Below, one piece after another: positions 61,505 to 64,000 of a stretch of DNA of 64,000 bases (the first letter of the stretch is position 1; each line of letters starts with the position of its first letter). Below the pieces are notes generated by a model. It saw nothing but the letters and a program-made list of their open reading frames with translations, searched no databases and was not told the DNA's origin. The position numbers and the translations under genes are program-made. The stretch is from Tolypothrix carrinoi HA7290-LM1 (GTDB lineage Bacteria > Cyanobacteriota > Cyanobacteriia > Cyanobacteriales > Nostocaceae). The stretch is from positions 1-64,000 of the forward strand of contig JAHHIK010000032.1 in the NCBI GenBank assembly GCA_019358935.1, in the 5' to 3' direction.

Positions 61505-63109
61505 TCATCCCTTCTTCGACAACAACTTACCAACAGTGCGATTCTCCGGTGTAAAACTTACCCTTGCCACCCGCTGAATATCCGCAGGAGTCACAGCCGC
61601 AATTTGATCCAACTGCTTAAACAAATTGCGCCAAGAACCAGTTTTCACCTCATATTCCAACAATTGCTGCGCCATACCCATATTAGAATCAAGCGATCGC
61701 AACAAACCCGCTCGCGCTTGTGTCTTCACTCGATCCAACTCCATCGGGGAAACAGGCTGAGTTTTCAAAGAATCAATTTCCTTTCTTAAAGCGATCGCCA
61801 CCTCATCAACATTGTGACCCGGAGCCGTGAGAACATAGAACAACATCAAATTAGGATACTTATCTCCCGGATATCCGCTGAAACCTTGAGCACCTAGCGC
61901 CAAACGTTGTTGTTCTACCAAAGACTTATACAACCGCGACGTGCGCCCACTACTCAACAAACTGTCAATAATGTCATAAACTGCATTATCTGGATGAGTA
62001 ATTGCCGGACGGTGATAACCTTCTAAATACCAAGGTTGCGAACGTAGTTCTAAAGTAACTTCTCGCGTTTGCTTTTGAGGAGGTTCCACCGGGACTTGCG
62101 TTTGTGCTTTCGGTTTCTTTTTAAAGCGTCCAAAGTAAGTTTGCGCTAGTTGTTTCACCTGATTTGGTTTGACATCTCCGACAACAGCGATCGTTAAATT
62201 GCTCGGTACATAGTACGCATCGAAAAACTTCCGCACATCTTCCCGTGTCAGGTTGCGGATATCTTCGTCATAACCAATCACCGGACGCCTGTAAGGATGT
62301 ACCTTAAAAGCAGCATCGCTAAACTTCTCCATCATCAAGCCGATAGGCGAGTTTTCTACTCGTAAACGGCGTTCTTCTAAAATTACATCTTTTTCTTTAT
62401 AAAACTCGCGAAATACAGGATCGAGAAATCTGTCAGATTCCAAAGACATCCACAATTCCAACTTGTTAGAAGGAAAGCTGTAAAAATAACGAGTCGCTTC
62501 TGTGGAAGTATTCGCATTTAAACCAACACCTCCCGACTGTTCGACAATTCGCCCTAACTCGTTTTGCTTGACTAATTTCGCTGCTTGTGCTTCCACATTT
62601 TTAAATTCAGCGGATAACTTAGCAATCTCATCTTGTTTACCAGCAGCTTTCGCTGTTTTAATTTGGCTAGCTAACTGATCCAAACGGTCAAGTAAAGGTT
62701 TTTCGGCTTTGTAGTCTGTTGTACCAACAAGCGTTGTCCCCTTAAATGCCAAATGCTCTAGAAAGTGTGCCACGCCTGTTTTTCCATTTGGCTCATCCAC
62801 GCCACCGACATCAGCGTAAGTAAGAAAAGAAACTACGGGCGCTTGATGGCGTTCTAAAACTATGAACTTCATGCCATTATCAAGACGAAACTCCGTCAAC
62901 TCCTTAATTACTCGATCTAAATAAGGTTGAATCGAAGTTGGAGGTGGTGGAGTTGACGGTTTGGCGAAAGCAATTTCTGGTAACAACCCCCAACAAAAAA
63001 AGATTGGCAAAATAAAAGTTACAACTAGCCGACGAATCGGTATTCTCAAGCTTGAGCCTGAGAAAAATCTCAAATCTACAATTGGTGAGAAGTAACTAAG
63101 CTGCTTCAT
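61505..63109 (-). CDS. M16 family zinc peptidase
   Basis: GVAHFLEHLAFKGT (HxxEH), LNANTS and HPYRRPVIG motifs. Confidence 0.92.
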   Translation of the reverse strand: MKQLSYFSPIVDLRFFSGSSLRIPIRRLVVTFILPIFFCWGLLPEIAFAKPSTPPPPTSIQPYLDRVIKELTEFRLDNGMKFIVLERHQAPVVSFLTYADVGGVDEPNGKTGVAHFLEHLAFKGTTLVGTTDYKAEKPLLDRLDQLASQIKTAKAAGKQDEIAKLSAEFKNVEAQAAKLVKQNELGRIVEQSGGVGLNANTSTEATRYFYSFPSNKLELWMSLESDRFLDPVFREFYKEKDVILEERRLRVENSPIGLMMEKFSDAAFKVHPYRRPVIGYDEDIRNLTREDVRKFFDAYYVPSNLTIAVVGDVKPNQVKQLAQTYFGRFKKKPKAQTQVPVEPPQKQTREVTLELRSQPWYLEGYHRPAITHPDNAVYDIIDSLLSSGRTSRLYKSLVEQQRLALGAQGFSGYPGDKYPNLMLFYVLTAPGHNVDEVAIALRKEIDSLKTQPVSPMELDRVKTQARAGLLRSLDSNMGMAQQLLEYEVKTGSWRNLFKQLDQIAAVTPADIQRVARVSFTPENRTVGKLLSKKG

Positions 63110-63129
63110 AAGGAAAAATGAAAGGGACT

Positions 63130-63285
63130 AGGGAATGGGGAATGGGGAATGGGGAATGGGTTTTTGAAGAGGGGAAAAGGGTTTTGGGTAAAGGGTAAAG
63201 GACAAGAAAGAAGAAATATTTTCCCTTTCCCCTTTCCCCTTTCCCCTTTCCCCCTCCTTTCTTACCAATTCCCAATGCCCAATCA
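63130..63285. repeat. STRR arrays (GGGGAAT / CCCCTTT types)
   Basis: Direct inspection. Confidence 0.85.
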
Positions 63286-63385
63286 AACAGGGCGTTAATC
63301 TTGTATTAAGCTTTCTGTGGTTTTTATACTTCACGTTAGACAATAATGCTACAAATCCTGTTCCGGAAACATTACCGTAACTATT

Positions 63386-64000
63386 ATGCGAGTTTTTAAT
63401 TCTTCCCCGCCAGCTGAGGCACAAACCCGTACCCGTATTTTAAGCGCGGCACTGCGGTTGTTTGCTTCACAGGGATTTGACGGTACCACTACCCGTGACT
63501 TAGCGCAGGCAGCGGGTGTAGCTGAAGGTACTTTGTTTCGTCATTTTCCTAATAAAAAGGCGATTTTGATTGAGGTAGCGACTAACGGTTGGGTGGAGAT
63601 TCTGACAGATTTGCTCACAGAATTGAGTGAAATGGGCAGTTATAAGGCTGTCGCGCAAGTGATGCGCCGGCGGATGTGGAATATGCACAAAAATGTCGAT
63701 TTGATGCGAGTTTGTTTTATGGAAGCGCAATTTCACCCAGATTTGCGCGATCGCATTCAATTGGAAGTAATTGATAAAATGAGCTCAGTTGCCGAAGCTT
63801 TCTTTCAAACCGCGATGGATAGAGGCATCTATCGCCAAACGAATGCTAAACTGGTTGCCAAAGTTTTTTTAGGAATGTTTGCGGTTGCAGGTTTTTCCAA
63901 TAATACTTTAATGGAACCTGACGCCTCCCCGCAAGAAATGAAAGAAATGGCAGAAGGACTCGCTGATATCTTCCTCAATGGAGTGTTGGCAAAAGAGTAA
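63386..64000 (+). CDS. TetR/AcrR family transcriptional regulator
   Basis: RILSAALRLFASQGFDGTTTRDLAQAAGVAEGTLFRHFPNK HTH. Confidence 0.95.
   Translation: MRVFNSSPPAEAQTRTRILSAALRLFASQGFDGTTTRDLAQAAGVAEGTLFRHFPNKKAILIEVATNGWVEILTDLLTELSEMGSYKAVAQVMRRRMWNMHKNVDLMRVCFMEAQFHPDLRDRIQLEVIDKMSSVAEAFFQTAMDRGIYRQTNAKLVAKVFLGMFAVAGFSNNTLMEPDASPQEMKEMAEGLADIFLNGVLAKE

Overview
This window comes from a heterocyst-forming (Nostocales-type) cyanobacterium, judged by abundant HIP1 GCGATCGC sites, STRR arrays, xisHI and a hetC-hetP pair. The left part (1-25.5 kb) holds two filamentous-haemagglutinin-like exoproteins and a TPR-CHAT protease. It also holds Uma2, xisHI, fasciclin, a four-carbon acid sugar kinase, minCDE, a transglutaminase-like gene, fmt and a GH116, with small palindromic repeat elements scattered among them, several in frame inside genes. 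From about 25.7 to 59.8 kb is a ~34 kb secretion supercluster. It opens with hetC (degenerate ABC signature), a HetR-box-like site, hetP and a PpiC-type foldase. Two tandem paralogous modules follow, each built as: ~2.2 kb conserved non-coding leader, cNMP/C39 peptidase ABC exporter, HlyD, PpiC foldase, small Ser/Thr/Ala/Gly-rich proteins with I-x-D-L...GG leaders in two classes, and a convergent PEP-CTERM gene. Module 1 also carries a small HTH gene, a GNAT-TPR fusion and a multicore microviridin cassette (mdnA-B-C). HetP carries the same I-x-D-L-x-Y-L-E leader motif internally. The window ends with an M16 peptidase pair and a TetR regulator. The best candidate for an undescribed system is the duplicated T1SS/foldase/GG-protein/PEP-CTERM module, possibly a surface fibre or matrix system, with its giant structured leader and its physical link to hetC-hetP. 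All calls are by eye; no database searches were run.
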